A stretch of 63,025 nucleotides of DNA from Girardia tigrina (Eukaryota), in the NCBI GenBank assembly GCA_001938485.1, contig MQRK01246857.1, positions 1-63,025 of the forward strand. The letters run 5' to 3'. The translations under genes and the position numbers were made by a program. Below, piece by piece: positions 12,191 through 26,504 of the stretch (position 1 is its first letter; every line of letters starts with the position of its first letter). The notes below the pieces were generated by a model, which was not told where the DNA came from, searched no databases, and saw only the letters and a list, made by a program, of their open reading frames with translations.

Positions 12191-13044
12191 CTAGGTTGTT
12201 TAAAAAATAATGTCGTTTTTTAACCTTAATCTTTGAAGACAAATATCTCAGCGTAGAATCAACTTTATTAATCGAAATAAAAACCGTTAGCATCAATACC
12301 CTTTTGCCAACGCTGAACAAGTTTATTTTTCTGGAGGCGATGAAATCGTTGAAGGTAGTTTTAGCATCCCCTTTATTTTTGAAAAATAAAGGAAAAAATA
12401 AAGGAGGAAAATGTCAAGATGTTTGAAAAAGTGATAATCAGTAGGCGAGAGGAGAGGAGAGTATGGTGGATGACTCAAAATTTCGTAGTCCAGTTCGTTC
12501 AATAGTTGCATTGTCAGGCGTGCGATGTGTGGCCGAGCGTTGTCATGGAGAAGAATAGGCCCCTTCTTATTGACTAATGCTAGTTATTGTTGTTAGAGAT
12601 TCTGGTTCATTTTAACAATTTCCTGAAAGTATCTCTCTGATGTAATTGTTTCTCCTGGATTTAGGAAGCTATGATGAATAACACCGGCTGCAGACCACCA
12701 AACAGTTACCATCATCTTTTTTGGTACGATTTCGGCCTCGGAAATGGTTGCGGGGCTTGATCGTGGTCCAATCATTGAGAAGAGGGTCTCCGATTGTCGT
12801 AGAGAATTCAATTTTCATCACACGCTACAATTCGGTCCAGAAAGGGATCATTCTTGTTCCGCAGAAGAAGTGAAGACGATGCATAAAAACGACGCATTTT
12901 TATTGTCATTTAATTCGTATGGAAGAGTTTTTCATAAGCTTTAAAATTATGTATAAAACATAAATAAATGATAAAGATTTATTTCAAAACATGATCAAAA
13001 ATCAGGACCATTCAAAAAACGACATTATTTTTTAAACAACCTAA
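12191..13044 (-). mobile_element. Internally deleted mariner (cecropia/Hsmar1-like)
   Basis: TA TSDs; TIR (t)taggttgtttaaaaaataatgtcgttttt at both ends; MVTVWWSAAGVIH, HDNARPH, HPPYSPLLSPTDYHFF. Confidence 0.9.
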
Positions 13045-13360
13045 TATAAAAATGTTAAAAAAAATTAATTTTATTTTTAGAGTATGCAAATATTCATATT
13101 CTGAAAACGGGTTATGTTTGACCCAGTTTTGGTACCCAAAGTTTTAAAATTATTTTTGTGTAGCTAGAGTGAATAAATTGCAATTCATTATTTAAAAAAA
13201 GTCATTAAATCTTGACAAATATAAAAGTTCCTTTCTAGCTTAATTATATTTGTTATTACAATCTTCTATTTTACTGAAAATGATCAAGCAGTATGAGAAA
13301 GATATATTTTGTCCACCATAACAGGGTTTCTTCTTGGATCTCTTTTTCCTAACTAGTTAA

Positions 13361-15008
13361 CCGTTTACATGCGGACCACATTAAACCTTTGCATTTCGTG
13401 TTAAAACTTTTAAAACAATCTATATATGCTCTAACTAAGAAAATTATGTGGTTAAATCGGCGACCCAATCAATACCGAGAGAGAAAAATAGGTGTCCTTT
13501 TTATAGGACAGCCGTATTATTAGAGTAATAAACTTTTTAATACACAGCAATAATATAAAAAACACGCATCACTAAGCTATTGTGGGCGAGTGTGGTATGC
13601 ATGAAAGCAAAGAGGATGAAGAGTTACAGAACACTGAATGCACTTAAATTTTGCCTTCTGGTGGCATTCTGCACAGCGCAGTTGACGGTCGATGGACGCC
13701 GGAAAATGATTCCAACCTTGAAATCGACGAACAGGCACAACAACAGGTTGATGACCAGGATTTTTGCGACGTACATAAAAATTATCAGTATTTGCGTTCA
13801 TTAATGCATTCGCGACATCTCGGCGAAATTGTAAGCGAGTCATAGGATGTTCAACTGCTTTTCGATGCAAAATCCATGCATTTGTAACACAGACGTTCAG
13901 AAAATGAGTTAGAAACGGAAAGTACCATTTTTTTGATTGAATTGATGGCCTGTAGGATGCTAACAATTTATCCATGACGTCTACACCGCCCATGTGTTTA
14001 TTGTACGTGCCAAACAGAAAGGGTTGTGGAATCTGCGTGTCAAGAAAAACAAAAACTTTAAGTAATGTTTTCCATATATATATTTTTTATATGTAACTTA
14101 CCGTAATTCTTTTCTTCTCTTTTGCAGACCATCATGTGCATGTGGATTCTTGTAATGGACCTTCAAAATTAGATGCTATACCAACAGGGCTATTGTCGTG
14201 CCATTTGACAATACAGATATTGTTGCCACGCTCAGTACATGTCTCATAAAAACCTCTCGGTTTTTTCTTCATTTGTGCATGGCTCTGAAGAGGCGCCTGG
14301 CAAAAACGGTTTTCTCTGATGGTTCCACTAGCTCTGAAACCAGCTTCTCTCAGATCAATGAGGAGTTCAGGGCTTGTAAAGAAATTATCGAAAAAGACCA
14401 TGTGTGAGGATGGATGCGGGANNNNNNNNNNNNNNNNNNNNNNNNNNNNNNNNNNNNNNNNNNNNNNNNNNNNNNNNNNNNNNNNNNNNNNNNNNNNNNN
14501 NNNNNNNNNNNNNNCACATCGCCCAAAATAAGGTACCATACTTTCGTCTATAGACAAATGTTCAGAATGAATTCCCCAACGTAGAATGTTTTTTTTCATC
14601 AGGTCAAGGAATGGACGAATTTTTGTGAGCCGGGTAGTGGCATCTAAGTTACCATTGTCTCCTGCATGCAACCATTTCTTTATTTGTAAGTAGCGATCAC
14701 GCGGTAGAGAAGCTTGCACAACGGGAACAGATACATCCTCACTTCTCTCCCAGTACATTTGCTGACTGGGCNNNNNNNNNNNNNNNNNNNNNNNNNNNNN
14801 NNNNNNNNNNNNNNNNNNNNNNNNNNNNNNNNNNNNNNNNNNNNNNNNNNNNNNNNNNNNNNNNNNNNNNNNNNNNNNNNNNNNNNNNAAATGAATAACC
14901 CCGTCCCAAAATTGTTCAAAAATCTTGATTGGAGGCAGGTGACCAATCTCTTCACAAAGTGATTCACATTTTTCCTGGACATACCGTGATGATGTTTGTG
15001 GGATTTCA
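13361..15008 (-). mobile_element. piggyBac transposon, 5' part missing, intron-containing transposase with premature stop
   Basis: TTAA|ccgttt terminus; SIDESM, FFDNFFTS, YNKHMGGVD catalytic motifs; C-terminal Cys-rich domain; GT-AG intron 14033-14101; TGA at 14132. Confidence 0.9.
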
Positions 15009-15292
15009 TTCCCAGCTTGGGGTACGTTTACCCCTAGTGGTACGCGAAAGGTTGCTTAGGGGTACTCAAAAAAAAGTATTATGACGGAAAATGCAATTCA
15101 AATCTAGCCTAAAAACTAAAAAATCTTTTAACACATTGCAAATGGTTATCTTATTATATTAAAATAATTAAGTAATAAGAAATAGTAAAGTATGCTGATT
15201 TTTTAAACACATTTTTATGGGCAAAATACTCGTCTTGAAAGTAAATATAATTGTATATCTGAAATTACTAAATGATTTCTTATTTATGTGTA

Positions 15293-15347
<55 letters not shown>

Positions 15348-15415
15348 TAGGTGTGCCCACTAAGTAAACAATCAGGTAGAGGGGTACTCTAATGAAAAAA
15401 GGTTGGGAACCCCTG
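15009..15415. mobile_element. hAT-Charlie-type MITE
   Basis: Right end aaaaggttgggaacccctg; left remnant ttcccagcttggggtac; internal ggggtac repeats. Confidence 0.65.
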
Positions 15416-15599
15416 CTTTAGGGTATCTCATGGACCCACTTACTCATTTCACTCTTTAACATTTATATGCAGGCACAGTTTCTCATCTATCGTGATGACT
15501 CGGTTGAAAAAAATTAATGTTTACAACGTGATTTGATGATATATGATAATTTTATGAAATTTGAAATCGAACTTTTAAAAAGTATTTTGTACAATGTCA

Positions 15600-16432
15600 A
15601 TTGTTGAAATGATATTATTTGTGATGATTCACTTTTACGATTTCTCGATTGTTAATATGGTCGCGATATTTTTAGAACGGGAGGCTCCTCTCAAATTTAT
15701 GGTGGATAATTGCGCCACATTTTACGCGAAAATTTTGTGGATTTAATGAATCATTGGAAGCTGAAGTTAATATATCGGTTTATGAATTGGTCCAGTGCTA
15801 ATGGAATTGTTGAGAAAAATCATAGAACAATCAAGAAAATTGTTGCTAGATCAAAAATATCAATAGTTGAGGCGCTCAGGTGGTAAAATAACACACCGTC
15901 TGTTGGCAAAGAAATCCCAAGTCGGATGTTATACAATTATAGGGGTATTAGGTCTAAAGACATAGCGATGGGAAAGAAGGATAAAGCATCAGATAAGGAC
16001 AGAGTACCAGTTGGAATGGGTGAAACCGAAAATCACCACAAGTTGCAACCAAAAATGGTTAAAAGAGACGGTAGGATTGGAAATATTTGGTTGAGTGTGG
16101 GGATGCACGTTTTCCTAATCATATCAGCGATTTGCGACCGAGAAGAGTTGATCCATTAAATCAGACGCATCATACAATCGAGACTGAGTCCATTTCAGAA
16201 AACAATAAGTTGGAAACCGACAGAGACGTGCGCGTTCGAAGGAGACCGAAATACCTCGATGATTATATCACGGAGTTAGATTCGGATGATGAATCCAGTC
16301 GGAGAGTGGAGATGAATTAAATTAAAACTATGAAATGAAAATAAAAGAAAGTTAGTTTAATATGGAAAATTGTGAGAATTAAATAAATCTGGGAATTGGG
16401 GTTGTTCTATTTTTTTCCATATCGTTATTACA
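15600..16432 (+). mobile_element. Gypsy integrase 3' relic with PPT and probable 3' LTR
   Basis: IFLEREAPLKFMVDN, SANGIVEKNHRTIKK, VRRRPKYLDDY. Purine tract ggagagtggaga is followed by a TG...CA segment at 16313-16432. Confidence 0.7.
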
Positions 16433-17528
16433 AATGTTATACAGAACATCATGATCCATAAAAAAGACGATTGTTAATAAACAAATTTATTGATTCGGTT
16501 TTAAAATTTTATAAATAATTACGATGTTGAAACTTTTGAGATGTAGACAATTAATTGCGCCATTTTTTAATGAAACTTACTATATAAAATATCAGGTAAT
16601 TTAGGATTAAAAAATAACAAAAAAATGTGTTTAAATATATTTATTTAGTATTTCTCAAAATATTAATCACACATTATTATAAATTGACATTTTAAAAATG
16701 TCATTTCAAAAAAAAAATTAAAAATTAATAAAAGATATTGAAACAAAATTAAACAAAATAATTTTGCAATTAATTCATATATTTAATTTTAAAATTGTTT
16801 GATATAATAATTCTAATTAAAATATATTTTATTTTTAATCATAATTGTCAGAATTAAAAGCTTATTTAAAACGATTTATTTGATTGATAGCAATTATTTT
16901 TAATGATTTAATAAAAATAAAAAAATTCAAGAGAAAAAGAAATAAAAATAATTATTTACACAGTGAAATTAGTTAAAAAATAATTTTTTATTTGTAAAAC
17001 TTTTTTTAATTGAGATAAAATTATTTTAATAATTTATTTTGTTGTAGTAAACTAATTTAATACAAATCTAATGAAAGAAATTTGAAACTTTAAAAAATAG
17101 AAAAATATTTTCAGTATTTCTATATTACAAAACATAATTAAAAGATTATAAATGAGAGAAAATGAAGAAAATCAAGTTTTAATATATAATATATTACTTA
17201 TTGTTAGACCAGAAAAACCTTACAATATTTCAACACAGAAATTATAATGTTTTTATTATTAAATTGAATAGTCTTGGTTTACGTTATGTTTTGGGTTACC
17301 AAAACATATTAAATAAGAAAATATTTTTAAAAGAATCATAGATAAGAGAACACATAGATCTAATGATTTCTTTTCTGAAGAATAAAAAGAGGTACAAAAT
17401 AATTAGATTCAAATTAAATTTATAATTAAAAATGATGAAATAAAAGACAATTAGTGTACCCTTTCTAACATTATATTTATTTATGGAAATCAAATTTATA
17501 ATTAAATGATTAAAGTTAATTAAATAGT

Positions 17529-20500
17529 TGTTGTGAAAGAGAATATCTAATTAAGAAAAATATATTTGACTTTACAATAATGATTATTAAAACAACACAC
17601 ACATTAAAATACATTAATATTTACATAATTATTCCACACTCGCCCTGTTCGACAACTTAATTTCTGTATCTTTTAGGCTTCTGTCGGTCTCGAACTGGAT
17701 TGCGTCTCACTCTTGTTTCATTAATATTCCAAAGATCTTCCTCTGGCATCTGGTCTTCTTCATGTACATCATGATGATCATTTTTGATACTTTTTGACAT
17801 AATTGTTGTAGCCTTTTCTGATTTTCTCGTGTCATTTTGTGGTGTTCTCAATCTTTTGATATCCACTACATTTCTCTCAATTATTCTTCTATCACTAATC
17901 ATTTTTAATCTGTACGCATACTTCCCAGTTTACCGATCACCGCATATGGTCCTTCGTATCTCGGCATATCTATTCCTTTGATTCGCGGTAATATCCTAGC
18001 CAGCACTAGATCACCAATTGCCAGACAACCCCCTGAACCTAATGTAGCTGGCTTTTTGATTTCTTGTTTGGTCTTGATCTGTTGGCTCACCACTTGTAAT
18101 ACTTGTTGAAGCTCTGTGATATATTTGCAATAGTTTCCATCATTTGTTGGATTCACTTTCTTTTCCGAGTAGAAAGACCACATTTTCCGACCAAAAATCA
18201 CCTCGAAGGGAGAGAATCCAGTGCTTCTACAAATTGTATTTCTTAGTCCAAATTCAACAATCGCCTCTTCCCATTCACATCCAGATGACTTCGCTGTTGC
18301 GTAAAGCATGTCTTTTACTGTACAAAATAGTGTCTAAATTACCCCGTCACTTTGAGGATAATATGGTGAGCTCCGAGATTTTCTAATTCCAAGAAGAGCA
18401 CAAAGTTCCTGTACGATCTCGCTCTCAAAAGCAGTCCCTCTATCTGAGTGTATCCTGTCCAGGATTCCAAATTGCACGATCCACTTGTCAAATATGGATT
18501 TTCATATCGTTTTCTCAGTCATATTTCTCAGCGGTATCGACTTATGGTATTTTGAAAAGTTATCAATAATTCCCAAGATGTATCTACCTCCATTTTTACT
18601 TTCCAAACCTCAAAAACTCCCAATGTCCTTTTCTAGTAATAAACTCTATTTTCTCTCTATCACACTCTGCAAGACTTATGTTATAATATCCTGCAGCCAA
18701 ATCAATTGAACTAAGGTGTTTCGCTCCTCCCAAGGTATCAAAAAGTTGTTGTGCGTCAGGATTTGGAAATGATGGAACATTAGTCTTTTGATTTAGTCTC
18801 CGGTAATCTACTGTAAGTCGAATATCTTCGTCCTTTTTTGGCACAATCACTATAGGAGCGTTCCACTCTGATAGACTTGGTTTAATAATATTTTTCTGTA
18901 GCAACTGTTCAACAAACTCATCCACTTTTTCTTGGTGCGCCACAGGAATTCTCCTTGTTTGCTCCTGTATCGGGCCATTATCTTTAAGCTCTATTTTATG
19001 CTCAGCGTTCCGCGCCAAGCCTATATCATATTTAGACCAACTAAATAAGTCTCTGAATTCTTTCACTAAACTAATAATATTGTTTCTATTGCTATCATTC
19101 ACACATCTAAATTGGGATAAGAGACACTCACTTTCAGGCGCTTCTGTTACAGTCTGAGTCTCATAGGGCACATACTGCTTCCGACTCCTCAAACAGTGCC
19201 CTTTCAGTTTAACTAATTTGTCGGGACTGTCGTATCTGCATTCACCTTCGAAAGGAATGGAACGAAAATTGTTCAACTATTAACGCCATTATTATCGAGA
19301 TCAATCTTAATCCCAAGACTCTTCATGCTCCGTATCCAAAGAATTATATCCGGGCTCAATCCATCCACAACAAAGAAATTACAACTTCTCCCTTTAGCAC
19401 CCAATTCAACTATCAGGGATTCTTCCGCTCGTACAGGCACTGTAAATCCATCTGCACACTTGATTTTTCTGGATGAACGTCTGGTTTTCAATGTTTTATC
19501 TGAATCTTGCAACTCCATTAGCATGTCTTTGCTGATAGCATTCACTTCGGCTCCGGTGTCTAATAAGATATTTTTACTCTTCCCATTGATCCGACCGTAA
19601 CACATTGGTTTGTTCTGATCTTTTACTTTATAACTGCTCTTCTTTACTCGAAGATTATTCTGTTCCTTTTGTTTCGGAACTGTTTCTTTCACCACTCTGG
19701 CATACAACTTCTTTTCATTTGAAATATGACAAATGCTCGGTTCTTCCGTACCTGTTCCCGTGTCTGTTTCACTTTCATTACTGGATATACTGGCAGACTC
19801 GACCACATGGACTGATTTACGTTTTCCGTTTAGACAAAACTTATCTATATGTCCCTTTTTGTTGCATGTTTTGCAGAATCGAGACTTTTTACAGTCTCTC
19901 AAAATGTGACTGCTGCTCCCACAATTCCAGCATCCACTTGTTTCTTTGACAGGATTTCTCGTTCTATTATCGCCTTTCCATTGACTTGATTGTCTTTTTT
20001 GCTTCAGCCCTTTTACCGTTTCCTGTAATGAGGTAATACGTTTGTTCAGTTCTGAAACTTCATCCCTAAGCATTCGAATTTCATCATTCTCGGCCAGCAC
20101 ATTTACTGTTGCCGACATATCCTGAGTTACACATTCTTTTTTTTATCATCTCGAATGCTTCATCCAAAGTTTTAGGCTGCAATACTTTTAGTGCCTCTTG
20201 AGCTCTGTCATTCATTAAACCATTTATAAAAACTTGGAGAGTTTTTGGCTCTCTTTCTTCGGAGGTCAACTCCGGTAATTCTTTAAAACAACGAATTCTT
20301 ACTTCTTTCATAAACTCCTTCGTTGACTGACCATCCTTCTGTCGAATTCCAAATAGTTTCATCCACGATGAAATGTCTGACTTCTTTCGTCCGAACAACT
20401 TCAAAAAGGTTTCCTTGAGCCATTCGAAACTCTTTTGGTTTTGGGTGTAACCACTCTGCGACTTCAGAAAACATTGAACATCTTCCTCCAAGTATTCCAT

Positions 20501-20820
20501 GAAGAAGTCAGTTTGTGTTTCATCCGATATTTCAAGTTGCCGCATAAATGCATCCATACATTTCAAAAATTGGGCAGCATCGTCCCCTTCTTCGAATGTT
20601 TTCGGAGTTTTGGCGGAGTCCTTTTTCAGGATTCTATTCAAAATTACTTCCAGTAATTTCGACTGGTGATCTCCACTATCGGCTTTGATCCTGCTCATGA
20701 CGCCACTGTTGTGAAAGAGAATATCTAACTAAGAAAAATATATTTGACTTAGAATTTACAATAATGATTATTAAAACAACATACATTAAAATACATTAAT
20801 ATTTACATAATTATTCCATA
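17529..20820 (-). mobile_element. Ty3/gypsy LTR retrotransposon, both LTRs present, internally deleted pol
   Basis: LTRs 17529-17638 and 20707-20820; 5-bp TSD ATAGT; PBS tggcgtcatgagcaggat. Gag with two CCHC knuckles, protease LLDTGA, RT N-part (WNAPIVIV, VDYRRLN, IDLAAGY) joined directly to integrase core (IDNFSKY, HSDRG, PYYPQSDG). Confidence 0.95.
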
Positions 20821-21239
20821 ATAGTTTTAGTTTTTAATAAAAAAATATTTATATTTTAGAATTTTCTGAGGTTTCATTGACATGATTTTTCAAAATCAAG
20901 TTACCCTACGTTATGTGAATATTATTGATAATCATCTACCTTTTTAAAAGACTTAATATATTATTAGAGAATGTAAAACATAATAAGATATATTGAGCAT
21001 TATTATAAGACATTATTAAACCCCATTGTACAGACCAAAACAATAAATTATATTAATATTTAGAAATATAAGTACACATTAAAATCATATATTTTTATCT
21101 AAAACAAAAAAAAAATCAGGTTGCGGTCTCAACACACAGTTTTCAAAAAAAATAAATTTAGAAATCAATGGTGACATTTGAAAACTATTGCTGTATAGAA
21201 TGAAAAAAGTTTATTCTGATTTATCACAGAATGATGGCC

Positions 21240-21480
21240 TAAAGTAGGGCATTTCGGTTACGAAAAGTAACAACACGTCCTCTTAGTTGTATTCAAATGC
21301 GCGGATGTTGTTCCAATGCCGTTGAAGAAGAACTGCCAGAGTTCTTTTTGGAAAAGCTAGATGCTGTGCCGGATTGTTCATTGTCAATTTTAGGAGCCCC
21401 CTACCCAAACGAGATTGAATAATTCCCTGTCTTCCCACGACCAAGAGAGTTTCAACAACCAACGGGGTGTCGCTACAGCG
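21240..21480 (-). mobile_element. CRE/R2-like non-LTR retrotransposon 3' relic (restriction-like endonuclease tail)
   Basis: PLVVETL...SRLGRGL...LAFPKRTLAVLLQRHWN resembles the PLAVETLG.WG...LG......FL.QRLSVALQRGN tail of REL-endonuclease elements. Confidence 0.55.
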
Positions 21481-22059
21481 CACCGTTGATTTACTGTCAA
21501 CATTGATATATATATATATAATATTCATTATATATACATATATATATCATTTAACCTCTTCGCACCGAAAGTAAATCTTTTTTGGCATGGAATTAGCAAA
21601 CACAGTGATAGCAAAAATTAAACTTAGTCGCCTTCGACGATTTACGGTCATAACCGGTTCTTCAACCGGATATTGCTGTAAATCAAGCCACAATTCAAAG
21701 GAGACCAATCTTTTTAAAGACGAAGAACTTTATAGCTGATAAGAATGAAAGAGAATTGAACAACGTCAACAACCGAGACTATCTATATCATCGCGAGAAC
21801 CTGCATTAATCTCCCACATGAGATCTTCAAAGTCATTATCTCGTCCCCAGTGGCTAATCTGATTTTCACTCTAGAGACCGTTATAGAGTCTCCTTATACT
21901 TATTATATGTTGTTAAGCCCCTACGTCCGAACCTCACCTGGAACCAGTATGATAGCATTAGTGATACTGCACTTAATTTTAAATTTACCTTACTTTGAGA
22001 AGTAATGAATCAAACGATTTTAAAACATAACTAGTTTCTGATACTTATGCTCTTAAGAT

Positions 22060-23250
22060 CACACAACCGAATTTGTTCACCTATCATACTGGATCACCGA
22101 AGGTCTGATTTTAGCTCATGGACTTGAAGTTCAAGAGCATGGGGATTAAGGTGCTTATTTCAATATCTTCTCGGAACCATTCCGGCAGATCAGTCACAAT
22201 CCATAGAATCTCTTCTTGCTGAGATTGTGCAACATTCGAAGCCATACATTCAACTACGGAAACCAGTTATGATGGTTCACGAACCGACATTGGATGTCGT
22301 CTTTGAAAACTATTTCAAGATGCAGTAAATCGGTCTCACAAAGCCATCACAGAGTCTTTAGCGGGTCATAACTGACTTGAAAACGACCTAACCCGGGATC
22401 ACGCAGGATTAAAACAACTCAATTTTGAAGAAATTCTTCACACAATGCACAAAGCGATTCTCACAGTTACTATCTCAACGGACATGAGGGAACCTTTTGA
22501 TTTTGCAGACCAGATCGCTGAAACTGTTCCATTCATTACAAACCATTGTTTTCAGGTTACCTAGACCTCAATGGACAATACTGAATAGCCACCACCTCAA
22601 CAAGGCACACAGAGTACTGCTCTCACGGCTCAAAAGGATCAAATGGCTGCCGTTATTTCCGCCCTAACGTCCAGCATTGCGTCTCTAATAACCAAACTGC
22701 ATGCTCGGCAACGCAGCAAGGGTCATTTATCACCAAAGGTTTTGTCAAAACGGCAACGAATGGAAGGGGAACCGCACCGCACTACAGATTGCATATTTTT
22801 GCATTTTCCATTTCAAGTATAGTTAGAATGCTAGATCGTGCTCTCCAGGCAGCAAATTTCAGTCCACAAAAATAGTTTCACCGTCTATCAAAGCAGCAGA
22901 TAGAAGAAGTGAGGACAGTTGCAGTGGATTATTCACTTCATCTGCACATATCTCGAATTCGCCAATTACAGTTGCATCGTTCTTAGTAGACACCGGATCC
23001 ACGATATCAGTCCTGTCTTGCAGTTTTCAGAAGCAAAACTATCTTAATTCCAGACCACTCATAGCCTAAAATGGATACGCTGTCTACACAAACAGGACAA
23101 TTCAACTGTCGTTCTTATTGATACAACTGGACATGAAGTTTCAATAGAAATTTAGAGTAGCACACGTCATTCAGCCCATTCTAGGTGCAGATTTTTTAGA
23201 CAATTTAGACATCCTCCTTGACTACCGAAATTTAAGATTTCTTCACAATG
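22060..23250 (+). mobile_element. Degenerate gypsy gag-protease relic
   Basis: TGSPKV*F, CIFHFKYS*NARSC (cf. CWYH.KFG..AR.C), FLVDTGSTISVL, PILGADFL. Confidence 0.75.
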
Positions 23251-23906
23251 AAGTTACATCGGATTATTCAGCCAAGAGTAGGAATTTTAGTGTCATCCAT
23301 ACTATTCATGCACCGCAGTAAAATTTTATTGAGAAAATCAAGAACAGGTTTCCAAATGTTCTTGTCTGATCTACCCAGGCTGATCAACCTAGTATGTATT
23401 TTTGCAAGTTATCGTTACTCACAGCTGTGTTCTAGTTCAATAGCGCTGAAGAATATTGTCACAAGACAGACGACTATTAACCGTAGCTCAGTCTTTTCCC
23501 CGTAGGCGAATTATAGTCACTTATAGATTGCCGCCACCAAACTTTAATCCATCATTATGCTTCGCATCTTTCTTTGAAGGCTGATATAGTGACAAAAAAA
23601 TTAAATCATATTAATATATATAAATGATATACAATATCGTCTGGGGGCTACAGAAGCTGAGACAGTAAACGAAAAAATGTAAAAACGTCTGCAATAAGAG
23701 GCAACTGAAAAACATTGAGGCTAAATAATACGCATGAATACAATTGCATTGAGTAGTATAGATTCGTTACCAGAAGAAAACAAAAAAATCCTAAATACCA
23801 TTAACCTATTCAAATAAGCAATTTTAAACTTAAAAAAAAATCATATTCTATCAAATTTCAAATATATAGTCATAATTATAGTCAAATATATATAGTCATA
23901 TCCCAA

Positions 23907-23980
23907 TTCCGGTTACTGGAATCAAACCTGCTACTTTGGAGTTCAAAATAATATCCTGACGACTGGTTGAACTAAAAATC
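23907..23980 (-). mobile_element. tRNA-derived SINE head or tRNA pseudogene
   Basis: A-box-like tagttcaaccag and B-box-like ggtttgattcc at tRNA-like spacing; no clean acceptor stem. Confidence 0.4.
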
Positions 23981-25175
23981 CTTTCAGAGGAATTTTTTTT
24001 CAGAAAATTTTTTTATCTAACCTTCGTCTTTTCCACATCTGGAGGTAGTCTATAAATGTTTTTTATTAATAAAAATACTTAAATATATACTCAAATATAT
24101 GTTTGCATTCATTAAAAAAAAGGTTATTCGACATAGTTAAGAATGCCTATTAGTAAGTAGAGAAAGAAATAAAAATTATTTGGCAAACAATTAGTAAAAA
24201 TAAGATAATTATTAATCCTTTTATTATAATGTTATAAATTTGAAAATGTAAGAGATCTTGTGTTGAAAGAGAGATGAGTTGAATTTGATACTTCAAAGTG
24301 ATACTAAAGATTTATTTGTGTTTAAAAATAATATGATGTTAATGAAAATGTATTTAATAAATTTTTACATTTATTAAAAAATTCAATTAATTGATTTAAG
24401 ACATTTTTGTGATAATATCAGTGATAAAATCTATAGATAAACATTAACAATTAATGGCAGAAGCAATAAAAGGATATTTAAACAAACGTTTATTTATAAC
24501 TGTTAGTCATCAAATGAAGGAAACACAAATGATGTGTTAAAGATTTATCAATAAACATTATTCAACGAATAATCATTATATATCCATTAATATTATGCGG
24601 ACAAAGGTTGTTGTAATGACTCACATTTCTAAAGCCTTGTCCTTTGGTAAACACTCCCAGTCGCACACATACTCCTAATCATATACATACACTGATCATA
24701 CTGTTGACATCATACAATCAATTTTCTCAACACACAATAATTATTATGTAACTATTTTTACTCACAATAACAATGCTCATTCTTTGATCGTCAAATTTTT
24801 CTTGATAATTTCATGATAAATAAAGGAGTTTAAAAATAAAACAAAAATACAGAATTCAATTATTAAATTGATTTTAATTTTTATTTACATATATGATTTA
24901 TCTTGTTGAAACGAATAATAATTTAATTAAAATATATATTTAATTAAATATTTTTTATTGTTTTGAAAATCGAAAAAATTCTCTTTGATTTAGTCTCAAT
25001 TTTGACAAGAATTTCTGAAAAAAATAATTAAAAATTTTAACTTATATATTTTCAAACATTAAAACATTACGTTGTAACTATTACTGCTCACACTTTAAAA
25101 ATTTACTTTAAAGCTTAAATTTCACTCTATATTTTGATACCAAGTTTTGGAATTATTCATTTTTATATAAAATGA

Positions 25176-25970
25176 TAAGGCTAAGTCATAAATCAAAACT
25201 TTATTTTTTAAAAATACAAAATTACTTTTATATCACTTTTGTGTGCTTACATCATCTAATGAATCATCTAATTGCATTTGCGCAATTTGACCTTTTTGTG
25301 CAATATTGTTCGGGTTGATATGATATCATCAACCAACTCTTTCACAATCGTGAAAGTAAAGTAGTTACTTCACACCAAGTATGACATTGTTGTTGTTAAT
25401 TTAAGGTGTATTTATTTTATTTGAGAAATGTTAGAAAAGAAGGAAATGAGAACAATTTTATTTTACGATTTCAAACTAGGTCGAAATGCGACAGAAACGG
25501 CTCGGAATATTAATAATGTATTTGGACAACATACAAGTGAAAAAGCTGGACAAGTGGGTGCCGCACGAATTAAACGAAAATCAAAAAACCGTCGTTTTAA
25601 CGTATGTTCTTCTCTGCTTTTGCGTAATCAAAGCGACCCGTTTCTGGATCGAATTGTAACGTGCGATGAAAAATGGATCCGATACGATAACCAGCGGCGT
25701 TCAGCTTAGTGATTGGATTTTAATGAGATTTCAAAGCTTTTCCCGAAGCCAAAATTACACTAAAAAAAGTCATGATAACTGTTTGGTGGTCCGCACACGG
25801 TTTAATTTATTACACCTTTTTAAAACAAGGCGAATCATTTACTGCGGAAAAGTATTTAAGGTAAATGGACAAAATGTACCAAGAACTATAAAAAAACGGC
25901 CGGCATTACTCAATATAAAGGGGCCAAATCTTCTGCATGACAACGCTCGTCCACATGTTGCGTTACAACA
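25176..25970 (+). mobile_element. Internally deleted, 3'-truncated mariner
   Basis: MLEKKEMRTILFYDFKLGRNATETARNIN, FLDRIVTCDEKWIRYDN, LLHDNARPH. Confidence 0.85.
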
Positions 25971-26504
25971 TTCTTTTTTTAAAAAATTATCCAAAAATTA
26001 ATTTCCAATGGAGAAATTGTTTGATGAACCGAATTGCAAGAAAAAATAAAATTAATTTGGAATTTTAATTTTGAGAAATAATAATAATGCAAAATGTCTA
26101 TTATAAACGACCTTTTTGTCAAAAAATCTATTGAAATCCAAGTTACAAATTGTAGGTTAATTATGTTAGGGAGTATACATTATTTGATGGAAGACAATAA
26201 AATGAATGTATATTGTGATGATTTTAAATTAGAAGTGATTGGGTTTAGAAATCAAACTTCATTAAATCAAGTGGTTTGTAAAAGTACATTTTTATTTTTT
26301 GTATCAGTGTATGTTTTACTCAGTTATGTATTTATTATCATTTTTATTTTTCCTGTATGTAAGTTTATGTTTTTTATTTTTTTAATGGGAAGCAGTTTTT
26401 TTATTTAAAAGAAAAAAAAGAAAGAAAATCAAGAATGAAAAACAAGACGAAATAAGTTCTTCCCCCACCCCGCAATAAATATTTATTATTAAAAATAATT
26501 TAAA

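Noticed and set aside
24608-24771. TG...CA segment as a solo LTR
   Set aside because: Flanks aaggt/atgct do not form a convincing TSD and no second copy was seen.
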